Source: Eledone cirrhosa | Lineage: Eukaryota | Reading direction: 5' to 3' | Assembly: GCA_964016885.1 (NCBI GenBank) | Contig: OZ024750.1 | Span: 3,720,001 to 3,784,000 of the forward strand | DNA length: 64,000 nucleotides | Shown here: positions 15,301 to 25,995 of the stretch, one piece after another | Layout of the letters: each line of letters begins with the position of its first letter | Position numbering within the stretch: the first letter of the stretch is position 1 | Made by a program: the position numbers and the translations under genes | The notes under the pieces: generated by a model | Database searches by the model: none | What the model was told of the DNA's origin: nothing | What the model saw: only the letters and a program-made list of their open reading frames with translations

Positions 15301-18300
15301 TTAGGGCCTCCTAGAAAGTTATCTTCAGCTATAGTACTCCTATGTGGACGATTTCACAGAGAAATTTTTAAAAAATCAAATATAGTATATGTAAATGATC
15401 TTACCCAAACAGGTAAGCTAAACTAAGAAGATATTGTAAATATAGTTAGTTGTACTGAGAAGAGGAATTCACGATGGTGAAAATGATGTAAACATTTTTT
15501 GAACTGATCCTCATTGCCATTATTACAGAGCTAACTAAAGTAATTTTCAAGGCAAGAAATAAAAAACTGACATCTATAACCATGGCTTCTTCTTCTTGGC
15601 AGATATCTACTTCCATAGGCTGTGTTAAATCTGAAATGGCAATAAAATTCAACAATAAATTCATTTGTTCTAAATATCCTTTACATTTGACTGAAAAACA
15701 ATTTTAAAGAAGCAAGCATATATTTCTATACAATATATATTACACTAATTGACGTAACTAGCTTCACCCGAGTAAACAGATGATAAGGGAAGACAGGTAG
15801 AAAAGAAAACATGTATTGGATACATTTCATCCTCCTTGCAGAGGATGAAAGGCAAAGCTAACCTCGACAGGATTTGAACTCTGAACGTAAAGTGCTGTAA
15901 CTATATGCCACAAAACATAATGCCCGACACTCTACTGATACGACCAATCCACTGCCCTAAATAATAATTAATATACAATAACATCTTATGCATATTTCTA
16001 CATTTCAACAAGACTTTCCCCTAGATAGTACACCAGCCCATTACAAAGTTAATCCCAACTGCTACTAGTACTGTTTTTTTCCAGCTGAGTGAACTGGAGC
16101 AATTGAAGGACAACCATCCAAAACCAATTGTTTCTATGAATCAAAACCCATTTTAAAGGGTTTCTACTTGAATTAAAACCTTCCAACATAATTTTATAAA
16201 TGGACCTTTTGTAATGTTACAAATAACAGTGGTAAACTCTCAGGAGAGCTGGACAGCAGAAGGTCTTTAGAGAAGACACCCTCTTTCAAGCAAGAGTTTC
16301 TTAAACATCACAAAAAGTCCATATATAAAATTATTTTGGAAAGTTCTAATTTAAGTAAGAACCCTTTAAATGAAAACCTTCCAACATAATTTTATATATG
16401 GACCTTTTGTGATGTTACAAAGTTACAAATAACATATTTGAAATAATAATTTTAATAAATAATTTCCAAATTCTTCAATAATTTGAGAAATGCAATAACA
16501 ACAGAATTAAAGAAATGTCTTTGAAGATCAAAAATTTCCTCACCTTACAGATTAACTATATTGCAATAATGTAACTTAATATGGATAATAATAATCAATA
16601 TGCCTCAACATTTTCACTAAACTTGTTCAAATCAACAAAAAACTGTCAGTTCATACAATAGAATAATAACATTAAAACTATGATGTCTTACAAAGCTAAA
16701 GAATATTAACATGCGATGATGTCATAAAAGGTATGACAACCATGTCACATGACCACTTAAAAGGCTCTTTTAAATATGTATGCGTGTGTTGTGTGTGCTG
16801 CGTGTGCATGTGTGAATGCGTAAATATATAGTTTTATTTCTAAGATTGCAATTGCTCACTTTAAATGTGTTTGGTTTGTTTGAGAATGAGTTTGAAGAAG
16901 GTGTAAATGATGATAAATTATTTAATAGAACACTGAGTAATAATTGTTTCTACTTTTGGCACAAGGCCAGCAATTACTCTAGTACAATACTGGTGCTTTA
17001 TTTTATTAGTCCCATAAGAATGGGATTTGAACTCAGAAAGTAAAGGACCGTAGCTCTATGCTGCAAAGCATGGTGTCCGACGCTCTACCAATATGGTCAA
17101 TCCACTGCCCTACCTGAGTAATAATATACTGAAGGTATATAGAGGTGATAGTTTAAATAAGTCTGTTTTCATTGGTTCAGAAACCAATGAGGAAACCTCT
17201 ACATAGTCACTTAACTTTCTAGAAATAACAGCCAACTCTCTTACATCACACCATACTCTTTTAAAACTTTTTTGTTAGCATATATCTAATGAAAGATACT
17301 TGACTACAATTTTCAAGTATTTTTGCATGGCATCCTGGGCAAGTGCCATTTACCATACCTCAAGGCTACCCATACCTTGTTAAGAGAAACTGGGTAGAAG
17401 GTAACCATTTGGTACTTCGTCAGCTGGACTATAGCTGTAGTTCAAAGGGCTCTACTTGTCACATGCTGAAATGCTGAATCCCCATTAGATTTACATTAAG
17501 AGTACATGAGAGTCTGTGGAGTGCTCGGCCACTAGTATGTTAATTTCATGGACAGGCTGTTTGGTGCATCAAACAACTGGGAAGACACAATGTCAAAACC
17601 ATTGTAGTTGATATATAATTGACTATACTGTCAAAGGCAGTGCCCCAGCATGGCCATTACTAAATTCATGCAAATGTCCTCAAGGAACTAAGCAAGCCTG
17701 TATACTCTGTAAAGTGGCAGTGGTGGTGCCACACAAAATACACACCCTGTAAGGTGGTTGGCATTAGGAAATTAACATTGATATTGCTATACCAGAAACC
17801 CACCTTCTCGTGGACACAGGCTGAAGCTGAAGCATATATATAGAATGCACGGCCACCACACCCTCCCATACATCTTCCATGAGGACAGGCTGAAGCATAC
17901 ATCTAGTGAAGCCTCTAGCCCACACAGTAAAGTGGTCGTGATGGCGACACAACAAAAAGCACCCAACCCACACTGTAAAGTGGTCTTGTAGGTGTCATGA
18001 CAAAAGGCAATCATAGTTAATTCCCTTCTATATTATAGACTAGAATTATCTTTCTTGATTTTTATAAATGTTTACCTCATCATTGAGTGGTGTGTGATAT
18101 TCATATTTTTCCTAAAGGAATCAAACCCATATTATGATCGTAAATCCAACACCCTTACCAATAGGCCACATACCTCCACTTGTATTTCAAGATAGAAGTA
18201 AAATCTCTCTCAAGAAAACATTTATAAAATGTAATGTCTTTGCACATGAAACATCAGCTGTAACCATTTCAAAAAGCATAAACAAAACAAATGCTTACCT

Positions 18301-20364
18301 TTAAAAGCAAATACATCATGACTAGAAAAATGTTCTGCTACCCTATTTTTGAAAGTTAGGATAGGGGTTTCTACAATCCCTGATATATCATTTTGATATT
18401 CATTGTTTATTTGTAACTCGGAATTAACTAACAAAGATGAATCGTCTCTCACATCCAAAACACAAGAATCATTTTTACTCTCAAATCCTGAATCTGTTTC
18501 CTTTTTCTTTTTGACTATTTTCTTTTTTATTATTTTCTTTTTTATTATTTTCTTTTTCTTTGTAGAATCAGCACCTTTCTGTGAGGTGCTCAGACTAGAA
18601 GCTTCCGTTTCAGATAACTTGTGGGGCTCTTCCAAAGTTTGGGAATCTATCTGACAAGCTTTCTTTTTGATTAATTTTTTCGGCTTAGAACTGTCTGTTG
18701 AAGTTGAAATCTTTGATGGTTGTATTACCTCTTCTGTCTGTTGGCATTTTACAGATTTTTTGCTTCCTTTTTTAACTGTTTTCTTTTTAGGTTTCTCAGG
18801 TTTTTCAGGTTTTTCTACTAAAGGCAGGTGAGGTAACTTTTTTTCTTGAAAACTCTGAATCCATTTCACCTGTACTTTCTCTCTTGCAATATTCGCAGGT
18901 AAAATCCCACTTTCATTCGATTTTTTTTCAGAAGAATTCGATGTTTTTTTCTTTTCCTCTTTCTCCTTTCTTGATGATACTTTTCTTTTCTTTCCTTCTT
19001 TTTCTTCATCCTCACCACTGTCAGAAGCAGAACCATAATCTGCAACTAAAGAGCAGTTTTTCTTATTGAGAACAGTGACATTAGGAAGAATTTTCTTTGG
19101 TGCAATAAAGTTTTTAACTTTGTTATTTGATGGCCATATGGCACGAGGCACCATTGAGGATTGCTTTTCTTTACTTCTTTTCTTCGGAGTCTTTGCTTCT
19201 TTTTTAGTCTGTTCCTCTTTCTTCTGTGAGACATCTTCATCTTTTTCTACCACCTATAGAAAATAAAGAAATCATATCAATAAACCTACTTTCTAAGAAA
19301 ACCAACTAAGATAACAATATTATCCAAGATTCACTCAAGCGAGAGTAGTTTTTCTTTATATCACATTATCTATTAATATAATTTTCAGTTTGTAGTAATC
19401 TGTCTGATTCCTTTAGAATGTCAAAATTATTCTGGACATGCTCACCAACATCCAGAGTTGACACTGCACTCAGTGCTCCTGTGGGAGCCCCTGCATGGAC
19501 ACACTGGAAGAGGAAGACCGAGGTTAACATATGTTGATGTCCTAAGGATAGACACTGGTCTCTTGGAGATGCAGAATACGGCAGCGATAATGAGGGACAG
19601 AGACTGCTGGAGAGAACTCGTCCATGGATCTCGGGAATTTTACCCGCCTTAGACATAAACTGATTGTGGTAAAAGTATATTCCTAAAATTACCTGTTACA
19701 TTACAGGTAAAACTCGTGTCATATTATATAGAGTGGTGAATGTTATTAATAGATATGAGAGACAGGAAGACTCAATACTTTACAATATCTGGTTTAGTGT
19801 TTTATGGTCTGCAAACATATCATAGAGGGTGTCAAGTCAAATTTGCCTGTCATCTTTTCAGAAAAAACAATATGTATTAGTAAATAGACTATCATATTCT
19901 CCCAAACAATAAGAAAGCTTGTAATACATAGAGACAATATCGCTATAAAATGGAGGTACGGTTGAAAGTCTCATGCTCCATCGCTACTCCCTCCTCAACA
20001 AAGGCCAAAAACTAACCTGTTCTTGGGTCCCAAAAAAAATCATCATCGCACACCACCCAACCCCTGGTCCATTTTCTTCCTTTGCTCTTTTATCGACCCT
20101 GTAAGGATGAAAGGCAAAACTAACTTTGGCAGGACTTGAACTCAGAACGTAAAGGACGTAACTTTATGCTGCAAAGCATGTTGTCCGGCGCTCTACCGAT
20201 TCTGCCAATGCACTGCCCTTGTTTCAAATAAACATTACCTTATTATTAGAAGGTTTTTCCCATGTAGTTAATCCAGTTTTTTTGTTATAGTAAAAAAATT
20301 TTCCAGGGTGTGATTTTGACTCTCGAGAAAGCCATCCTGGGGGTAATTCTGACTTTGATGACAT
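257..20364 (-). CDS. SWT1: Transcriptional protein SWT1 (WW + PIN RNA endoribonuclease), 20 coding exons; the 3' end may run past the window start or stop at TAG 173-175
   Basis: Manual splice reconstruction: join(complement 20239-20364, 18299-19253, 15572-15630, 14170-14214, 13384-13452, 13013-13100, 12622-12701, 11663-11761, 10862-10943, 9288-9376, 8018-8075, 7325-7416, 6681-6775, 5727-5789, 3879-3976, 3011-3095, 2648-2786, 2165-2265, 1276-1392, 257-353). All junctions are GT-AG and in phase, giving 879 open codons. PIN motifs IILDTNILL, VPWVVMQELDALK, NNDDKILQCC and LFSNDKNL are present, plus the Swt1-type C-terminal segment EMKLAYDEIW..KPPW..KKHWIAVFG. Confidence 0.9.
560..950 (+). mobile_element. 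RTE-clade LINE 3' fragment with (TGAA)n tail
   Basis: ORF 603..791 (...RRRWYGHVMHMEDDGWVKKC..VEGRPQK) resembles the RTE C-terminus; inverted partial copy at ~1540-1685. Confidence 0.8.
951..1055. mobile_element. Short Tc1/mariner-type MITE; related at 61064-61143 and 47421-47645
   Basis: TA-CAGGGTGTCC..AAAATGTATACACACTT ... AAGTGTGTATACATTTT..CCCTG-TA. Confidence 0.7.
1276..1392 (-). CDS. SWT1: SWT1 exon 19
   Basis: QGVEQAIQRDPSAEVCQQILTTLHHSIPVLESTYINFS; atttag acceptor, gtaatt donor; phase 2-2. Confidence 0.75.
1540..1685 (-). mobile_element. RTE LINE 3' end (inverted copy of ~790-930)
   Basis: Reverse complement matches gtggtgagagc..gacaagtggagag..ggaaaagcgga. Confidence 0.8.
2165..2265 (-). 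CDS. SWT1: SWT1 exon 18
   Basis: VDYESENKSDPVIFNECIALNRFQKIWELLNHY; tattag acceptor, gtaagt donor. Confidence 0.8.
2648..2786 (-). CDS. SWT1: SWT1 exon 17
   Basis: YQEDIGQNLKVLNILERICVEIISKTVDITKVKSIDEYLTRNTEEK; only the AAG acceptor keeps the frame; gtaagt donor. Confidence 0.75.
3011..3095 (-). CDS. SWT1: SWT1 exon 16
   Basis: DPVKKTDQVLSLIRDACYVMKPLAAKSSP; ttgtag acceptor, gtaagt donor. Confidence 0.8.
3879..3976 (-). CDS. SWT1: SWT1 exon 15
   Basis: HWIAVFGMMYDGNTKSMEAIYISLYDYFSSDK; atttag acceptor, gtaggt donor. Confidence 0.88.
4160..4430. repeat. Minisatellite, ~39-41 bp unit, ~6 copies
   Basis: Repeated aaaacctgccct(c/t)aac..gctaattttaaaca(ta)caccc. Confidence 0.9.
5727..5789 (-). 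CDS. SWT1: SWT1 exon 14
   Basis: LDIIIRKPPWDLRDVLFCIKK; ctccag acceptor, gtaagt donor. Confidence 0.88.
6193..6427. repeat. Inverted duplication (~105-bp arms, 24-bp spacer) of a SINE tail plus flanking DNA
   Basis: 6193-6296 versus 6321-6427, near-perfect reverse complement. Confidence 0.92.
6681..6775 (-). CDS. SWT1: SWT1 exon 13
   Basis: ATQIFSKLKDILEKLLTKVFETEMKLAYDEIW; tttcag acceptor, gtgagt donor. Confidence 0.88.
7325..7416 (-). CDS. SWT1: SWT1 exon 12
   Basis: NNSTNLPVVDKKLSDRPPDIFMSNKSRESIF; ttctag acceptor, gtaagt donor. Confidence 0.8.
8018..8075 (-). CDS. SWT1: SWT1 exon 11
   Basis: SIEYGLKELSGKSEIDFNL; tgtcag acceptor, gtaagt donor; phase 0 to 1. Confidence 0.75.
8573..9173. 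repeat. Minisatellite, 46-bp unit x13
   Basis: cattgattaa(a/g)cataagctgatagtacagtacttcattcactcaat. Confidence 0.97.
9288..9376 (-). CDS. SWT1: SWT1 exon 10, end of PIN domain
   Basis: YPYCTVVLFSNDKNLCNKSMINNINAYTQQ (SNDKNL motif); gtaagt donor. Confidence 0.9.
9583..9770. repeat. Tandem repeat, 59-bp unit x3
   Basis: tagttacatacatgtttggtccgctaacccctgggggagtcatagggctgctgtattga; a further partial copy at ~10030-10078. Confidence 0.92.
9810..10030 (+). mobile_element. SINE with RTE-like 3' end and (TGA)n tail; many copies (e.g. 2335-2590, 5870-6250, 20630-20780, 31320-31720, 53130-53655)
   Basis: Recurring gttggtgttaggaagggcatccagc..ctaacccatgctagcgtggaa..cgttaaacgatgatgatg. Confidence 0.75.
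10862..10943 (-). CDS. SWT1: SWT1 exon 9, PIN domain
   Basis: AIEQDPLLIVENNDDKILQCCMQFQKK (NDDxIL motif). Confidence 0.92.
11663..11761 (-). CDS. SWT1: SWT1 exon 8, PIN domain
   Basis: NSTTAKHAQKAISFLFSCFDHKHPQIIGQSSRE; ttacag acceptor, gtatgt donor. Confidence 0.88.
12622..12701 (-). CDS. SWT1: SWT1 exon 7, PIN domain
   Basis: DVERSIFIVVPWVVMQELDALKSKARM (VP..V..ELD..K PIN motif). Confidence 0.92.
13013..13100 (-). CDS. SWT1: SWT1 exon 6, start of PIN domain
   Basis: MAYIILDTNILLTKSGLAMIEKIRDGFYS contains the first catalytic Asp (DTN motif). Confidence 0.9.
13384..13452 (-). CDS. SWT1: SWT1 exon 5
   Basis: VMGDLTGSISEDSTTLTNSSPKQ; ttttag acceptor, gtattt donor; phase 0-0. Confidence 0.72.
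13530..14000 (-). mobile_element. Second RTE-family LINE 3' fragment with (AAG)n tail; other copies at ~3535-3765(+), 7560-7780(+), 11340-11575(+), 14775-15160(-)
   Basis: Minus-strand translation LIYGDESWVMT..IQAAEMGFLRKV..RSQLRY..KPTGRRPRGR resembles the RTE C-terminus; shared sequence across copies. Confidence 0.8.
14170..14214 (-). CDS. SWT1: SWT1 exon 4
   Basis: IEEVRKILICQPSDE; tttcag acceptor, gtaagt donor. Confidence 0.8.
15572..15630 (-). CDS. SWT1: SWT1 exon 3
   Basis: DLTQPMEVDICQEEEAMVID; tttcag acceptor, gtcagt donor; phase 1 to 0. Confidence 0.8.
18299..19253 (-). CDS. SWT1: SWT1 exon 2, large Lys/Glu/Ser-rich disordered region
   Basis: ORF 18222..19253; acceptor tctatag|GTG, donor AAAG|gtaagc; 955 nt, phase 0 to 1. 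Confidence 0.85.
19445..19660 (+). mobile_element. RTE-like LINE C-terminal fragment
   Basis: LLWEPLHGHTGRGRPRLTYVDVLRIDTG..MRDRDCWRELV. Confidence 0.75.
20239..20364 (-). CDS. SWT1: SWT1 coding exon 1 (WW domain)
   Basis: MSSKSELPPGWLSRESKSHPGKFFYYNKKTGLTTWEKPSNNK matches the WW consensus LPxGW..YYN..T.W..P; acceptor at 20445-20446 upstream of the ATG, donor GTAATG. Confidence 0.88.
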
Positions 20365-20864
20365 CTAGGATGTTGTAGATTAAAGATCTGCTGGAGCAGA
20401 GATGACCAACGACTAAACAACAACATAAGCTTGGAAAGCACAACCTAAAAAAGAAAGATGTAAATGTAAAAATCTATTCATTGCATTGGTGAAAATAAGT
20501 TAAATAAGTGAGTTTTAAAAGACAGTAGATATGTAATATTCAAACTTTTCTTCTTCCTATTAAATCTATATCTATTCTTCACTGTACTGTTTCGAGTGTA
20601 TGTGTATATATACATATATACATATGTAAACGTGGTTGGTGTTAGGAAGGGCATCCAGCCGTAGAAAACCTGCCAGACAGTCCTATACGAGCGAGAGGAC
20701 CAATCTTGCCTCAAGTGGGACAATTCCCGTCTAAACCCATGCTAGCGTGGAAGATGGACGTTAAACGATGATGATGATGATATATATATATATATATACA
20801 TACATAAATATACACACTCACACATATATATGTATACACACACTTGTATATATATCGGTTTAAA

Positions 20865-20905
20865 CCAAGCTGATGATCCGACTAAGGTGAAACAATTGTT
20901 CTCGG
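20865..20905 (+). ncRNA. Minimal type I hammerhead-like motif, degenerate
   Basis: ccaag-CTGATGA-tCC-gactaa-GGt-GAAAC-AATT-GT-T-ctcgg; palindromic tetraloop in stem III; lies in a ~150-bp insert flanked by (TA)n. Confidence 0.55.
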
Positions 20906-21027
20906 AAATGGTGAATTTACTGTTGTGGAACTACCTCTACCAAACTCCCCCCATGGACTGAGTGCTCTACTACTACGGATATAACCCAGCAGTGTTCTAC
21001 TTATATATATATATTATATATATCATC

Positions 21028-21187
21028 ATCATCATTTTATGTCCGCTTTTCCCCGCTTGCAAGGGTGGGACGGGTCTTATTCAGCACAGCATCTCTCCAC
21101 TTGTCACGGTCCTTGTAGAGAGATGCTGTGCTGAATAAGTCCCGTCCCACCCTTGCAAGCAGGGAAAAGCGGACATAAAATGATGAT
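21028..21187. repeat. Fold-back hairpin made of two RTE LINE 3' ends (~73-bp arms)
   Basis: Arms match the RTE 3' end at ~860-930; 14-nt loop; (TGA)n tails point outward into (TA)n. Confidence 0.9.
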
Positions 21188-21258
21188 ATATATATACACA
21201 TATATATATATTATGACTTGGCAAGCTATTTAGAACACTGGTTTAACCGCTTTACTTC

Positions 21259-21293
21259 CCTCCGAAGAAGAGATATTATCTCGAAAATTAAGG
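21259..21293 (+). ncRNA. Degenerate hammerhead-like motif
   Basis: cct-CCGAAGA-a-GAGAT-att-ATCTC-GAAA-at-TA-agg; U4C core change and collapsed stem III. Confidence 0.4.
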
Positions 21294-21680
21294 ACATTTA
21301 AATAAATTTAAGGTAAAAGACTAATTGTCAACAATATCTTTTACATTTGCATTTTTTATTCTATGCCCATACCTGCATTGTTTTGGCTTTACAAATACAA
21401 ACGTTTATATATATGTCTAACGAATGCACTGGATGTTCCTTACAAGAATCTTCTAGTTTCTTGAAACCTTCGGTAATGAAATAATTATATTGTGTTGTTT
21501 ATTATGTAATTAAATAGCTCTGTACTTTACATAGAGCACTCTTCTTTCCTTTATCTTTTCTATGGAAATACTTAACATATATACATATATATATAAGTGG
21601 AAGGGATATTTAATTTGTTGGAAATTCAACAAATATAAATGTTTATAACTGATACAGAGATTTATAAAACACTCTTTGTA

Positions 21681-21738
21681 TTTTATCTGATAAAAGCGTA
21701 CCAAGGATTTTGGTACCCTTGAAATATATATAATAGAA
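21681..21738 (+). ncRNA. Hammerhead ribozyme, family A, core mutated (CTGATAA, G8A)
   Basis: ttttat-CTGATAA-AAGcGTACCAA-(ggatt)-TTGGTACcCTT-GAAA-T-ATAT-A-TA^-atagaa. Confidence 0.7.
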
Positions 21739-21787
21739 TAAATATGGTTTTATAAATAAAGTTTCCATTTATTTAATATCATTGATT

Positions 21788-21823
<36 letters not shown>

Positions 21824-21943
21824 TGAGTTATTAGTTAGAAAGAAACTAAAACAGACCAAAGAAAAGGAAATGCCACACGTGAAATGTCACTCTTCCGTAT
21901 TCCAATTTTACAACAAAAAACCTCAATAGATTCTATTTCTTAC

Positions 21944-22130
21944 GTTGTTTTCTTCTGTCGATTTAAAACTAATTTTCAATATGAAAACCATAGCCTGTTT
22001 AGTTTCTACAGCAAATTATATTATTGTCTCACATTGCCATCAACAATAATAATAGTATTTATTATATTAAAAACTGAAAGCTGAACGTCAAAATATATTT
22101 CCATGTTTGTTTCTGTTGTCAACGTTTTTG
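21944..22130 (-). other. Candidate non-coding first exon of SWT1
   Basis: The coding exon has an acceptor upstream of its ATG, so a 5' UTR exon is expected; candidate donor gtaaga at 21943 in unique, CpG-containing DNA; the 5' boundary is a guess. Confidence 0.3.
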
Positions 22131-22180
22131 ATATGTTTTAAAATATGTTAGTTATTGAGAAGGTGTCATTTTAAAGGTAG

Positions 22181-22237
<57 letters not shown>

Positions 22238-22387
22238 TGGAAGGGATATTTAATATATATATATAAGTGGAAGGGATATTTAATTTGTTGGAAATTCAAC
22301 AAATATAAATGTTTATAACTGATTCAGAGGCACTGGACGGATTTCTGGAGTAAATATTCAATGATATTAAATAAATGGAAACTATAT

Positions 22388-22556
22388 AAGACATTCACAT
22401 AATCAAAATATGTTTTATTATATATATTTCGGAGGTACTGTGCTGTTTTTTCAGTACGTCCTCATCAGATAAAATATGAGGACGCACTGAAAAAAACAGC
22501 ACAGTACCTCCGAAATATATATAATAAAACATATATTTTGATTATGTGAATGTCTT
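22388..22556. repeat. Inverted repeat of a hammerhead-bearing element (10-nt spacer)
   Basis: 22388-22465 versus 22476-22556; the + copy lacks the CTG of the core. Confidence 0.88.
22413..22474 (-). ncRNA. Type I hammerhead ribozyme, family A, intact core
   Basis: Minus strand: ttttat-CTGATGA-GGAcGTACTG-(aaaaaacagca)-CAGTACcTCC-GAAA-T-ATAT-A-TA^-ataaaa; stems I-III all pair; cleavage triplet AUA. Confidence 0.82.
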
Positions 22557-22573
22557 CATTTATTAATATTTTG

Positions 22574-22637
<64 letters not shown>

Positions 22638-25289
22638 CATTACTGTGATAATGCACAATATAAAATAAAGTATTTTATGTGCCGAAGGTTTGAATATTAA
22701 ACAGTTTCCCAACACTAGAGTAGAAAATTAAAATATATGATATATATACTTTCTTTTACGAAATAAATTCTATTTCTCGTAGAAAACAAATTTCAATTAT
22801 TATATAAAAACTAATTACTCAGAAATATATTTATACTTGGAAAAATACAATTTTAAAAAAAAGAACGGTTTAATAAGGTGAGAAACCTGCTAGCGATGAA
22901 CAGAATGTAATATATAAATTAGTTTTATCCAGAGAGTAAAGAGTCGGAATAAATAAGTAACACACTATAAGTACACACACTATATCTTCATGCTTTCAGT
23001 GAAATATTCTGCCACGATTTTGATGATATTAACGACTGGATAGGAAAACACATGTTAACAGCCATTATTGTAAACAAGTGATAGTGTCGGAAAGCAACTA
23101 GTTCAAGTAGACGTTTTTAACGACATTTTATTTAAGACAAAATATATACTATATTTTGAAATATCATTCATATAAGGTTTGCTTTATTTCAAATATGTAT
23201 TTTGAAGAGATTAATTTAAAGAGTTATAAACCAATTCTGCAATATGTTTAACGACATAACGTAAATATTCTCAAACATCACGTGTGAGAACATTACCGAT
23301 TCCAGAATAATTAATTTCTTACATATGTTCAATTTCCTATAAATTAAGATGTCAAAGTAGTTTGTGTTATATTGATGAGGTAGTCAAGACATTTAGCAAT
23401 GTAGATATATTAAAATAGTAATGATATGGAATCAAAATAACTCAACTTTCTAAAAATTGCAACCAAATTTCCCTCACATCACAATACTGACTTTAAAAAA
23501 GAGGAAAGGGCACCATGGATGATACAATCATAGCCACACTATAACTAAGTTGGTCACGGTTGGAACACCTTTGATCAGGGCCTATGAGAGAGGGAGGTCC
23601 AGCCAGTACTTTGTTCCGGGGCCCAAGAGCAAAGAATGCCCCACAGCAACCATACAACATCCATTTTGAGAAAAGTCTTGACCTGCTTCAGGCCCCAAAG
23701 GGATCTTGTATCGCCTTGCAAAATTTTTCTTGGGGGCTCTACCTTTGATTATAGGTTTGTCTACTTGATCAAAGCTAACCTGGATTAGGTAATATCAATA
23801 ACTTGAAACTTATCTTTAAAATGCTTGTCACTAAAAATAGTTAGTTGATAATTCCCAGTATTTTAAGATTTTATTCCATTTGGCTACAGAAGCAGTAACC
23901 CTCACATTTACTGCACCATCCAGGATGTGGGACGGAGCAAAAGAGTCACTGACTGTTACATCCCAGATGAGACATCTGCCTCTTACCCAGGGACAACCGG
24001 TTATAGTAAAATCTCTTCACACATAGTGACCCCCCCAAATAACATCTGGCTGCTATTTCATTTTATCTTGCATTGGCGTCAGTGATCTGGAGAGGCTGGC
24101 ATACTTGGGGTTAAATGAGATGAGTTTTTCTTTGAGTCATTCCACTCTGGTTCCTCGGAAGGGAAGGATCACTTTGAGTTGCTCTTGCAAGATGTAGCAC
24201 CAAGCAAAAGAACTCTGGCCCTCTTGACAACAATTCTTCCATCACCACTTCAACCACATTCAGGCATCTGCCTCTTCATATAGACAACACAGCTGCCTTG
24301 CCATTGCAAGCTTACTACTACCTCTGCTTGTACATACTGTCTGACTATAACTTTTCACTTTTTCAGGGAACATCACAGAAGCCTTTTTGAACACTATATT
24401 CAGTTGTGAATACTACAATCAAACTTTATATTTATAATTCGAAGTAATCATATTCTTTTTCCTTTTTGCTGAACTGAAGTAAAGACATATATCTAACCAG
24501 AATTATTGTATTTGTCATATTTATCATCATCCTCTTTCATAACAACTAAAAAACTTCACTTCAGGGTAAGACCATTGGGTCTAAATTTTGAAATGTTGTT
24601 GTTCAAACCTATTTGTTTGGGTGAGACAGTTAACAATGTTTACATGATATACTCTCTTTATATTCTGGTATTAATTTCTATCTTCATGTCACCCCATCCT
24701 GACCTAATTTTGTTAAAGGAAGGCTTGAAAGGAAATTAGCATTTTTTTGTTGTCTTTAAAGAATGCGGTGTTAGTGAATCTAAACATTCAGTTTTTGGTA
24801 ATATGATACCACATAACAAGTAAGGTTTTGTCAACTTATGGTGGAGAGCCAAGTAGGGGGCCTGGATATCTGAAAACCTTCTCAAAAGCTATCCTCTTTA
24901 CTTCCTTTACTGAAGATGCAGAAATTCCAAAAATTTTTAGCAGTTAATGTCAGAAACTTCTAAATGATTGCAGCCTTCTCTATGTCATTGTTCAGCCAGG
25001 GCCGGATTTAATGGGGTACAAATGGAACAATTGCCCCGTGCCCCCTGCAGTGGGGAAGCCCACCAGCAACAGCTGGGCTTTTTAGTTTTAGGATAGTTAT
25101 AATTTTTTAATTTAATACCTGTATGTATAACTTTTCAATTCCAATTACTTGCGGCAAGCTAACTTTGCTATGTAAAATTGGGCGGTTTGCTGTGTATTCT
25201 AATTTTTTGTGTATGAGGTGCCTCCCAAACCTGAAGTGCCCCAGGCTGCTCAAGGTCTAAATCCAAAACTGTGCTCAGCTTACGCAGTG

Positions 25290-25995
25290 AATAATAATAA
25301 TTATAATGAAATTATTGTGTACAGTGCTCAGGTGCACTACAATTCATCAAAGGTGCATGTATAGTACATAGAATAATGTACAAATGTCAGGGAAGTGAAC
25401 AGTGTACGAGTCAGGAAATACATGTGTGCATGTGTATGGAGGGGGAATATTAGGTGTAATGTTGGCAAATCTCAGGAAGCATGGAGGTTTTAAAAGATGC
25501 AGTATCTCGACAACTAATAACTGATGCAGGTAGTTTGTTCCATGGAGGTTTTAAAGGATGCAGTATCTCGACAGCTAATAACTGATGCAGGTAGTTTGTT
25601 CCATGGAGGTTTTAAAAGATGCAGTGTCTCGACAGCTAATAACTGATGCAGGTAGTTTGTTCCATGGAGGTTTTAAAGGATGCAGTATCTCGACAGCTAA
25701 TAACTGATGCAGGTAGTTTGTTCCATGGAGGTTTTAAAAGATGCAGTGTCTCGACAGCTAATAACTGATGCAGGTAGTTTGTTCCATGGAGGTTTTAAAA
25801 GATGCAGTATCTCGACAGCTAATAACTGATGCAGGTAGTTTGTTCCATGGAGGTTTTAAAAGATGCAGTATCTCGACAGCTAATAACTGATGCAGGTAGT
25901 TTGTTCCATGGAGGTTTTAAAGGATGCAGTATCTCGACAGCTAATAACTGATGCAGGTAGTTTGTTCCATGCTTCAGCAACTCTGAGTGTGAAAA
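25290..25995 (-). mobile_element. CR1-group LINE 3' end with internal tandem amplification
   Basis: Minus strand reads FTLRVAEAWNKLPASVISCRDTASFKTSMLPEICQHYT*, with a (TTA)n-like tail. Confidence 0.7.
25480..25971. repeat. Minisatellite, 61-bp unit x8
   Basis: catggaggttttaaaRgatgcagtRtctcgacagctaataactgatgcaggtagtttgttc. Confidence 0.97.
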
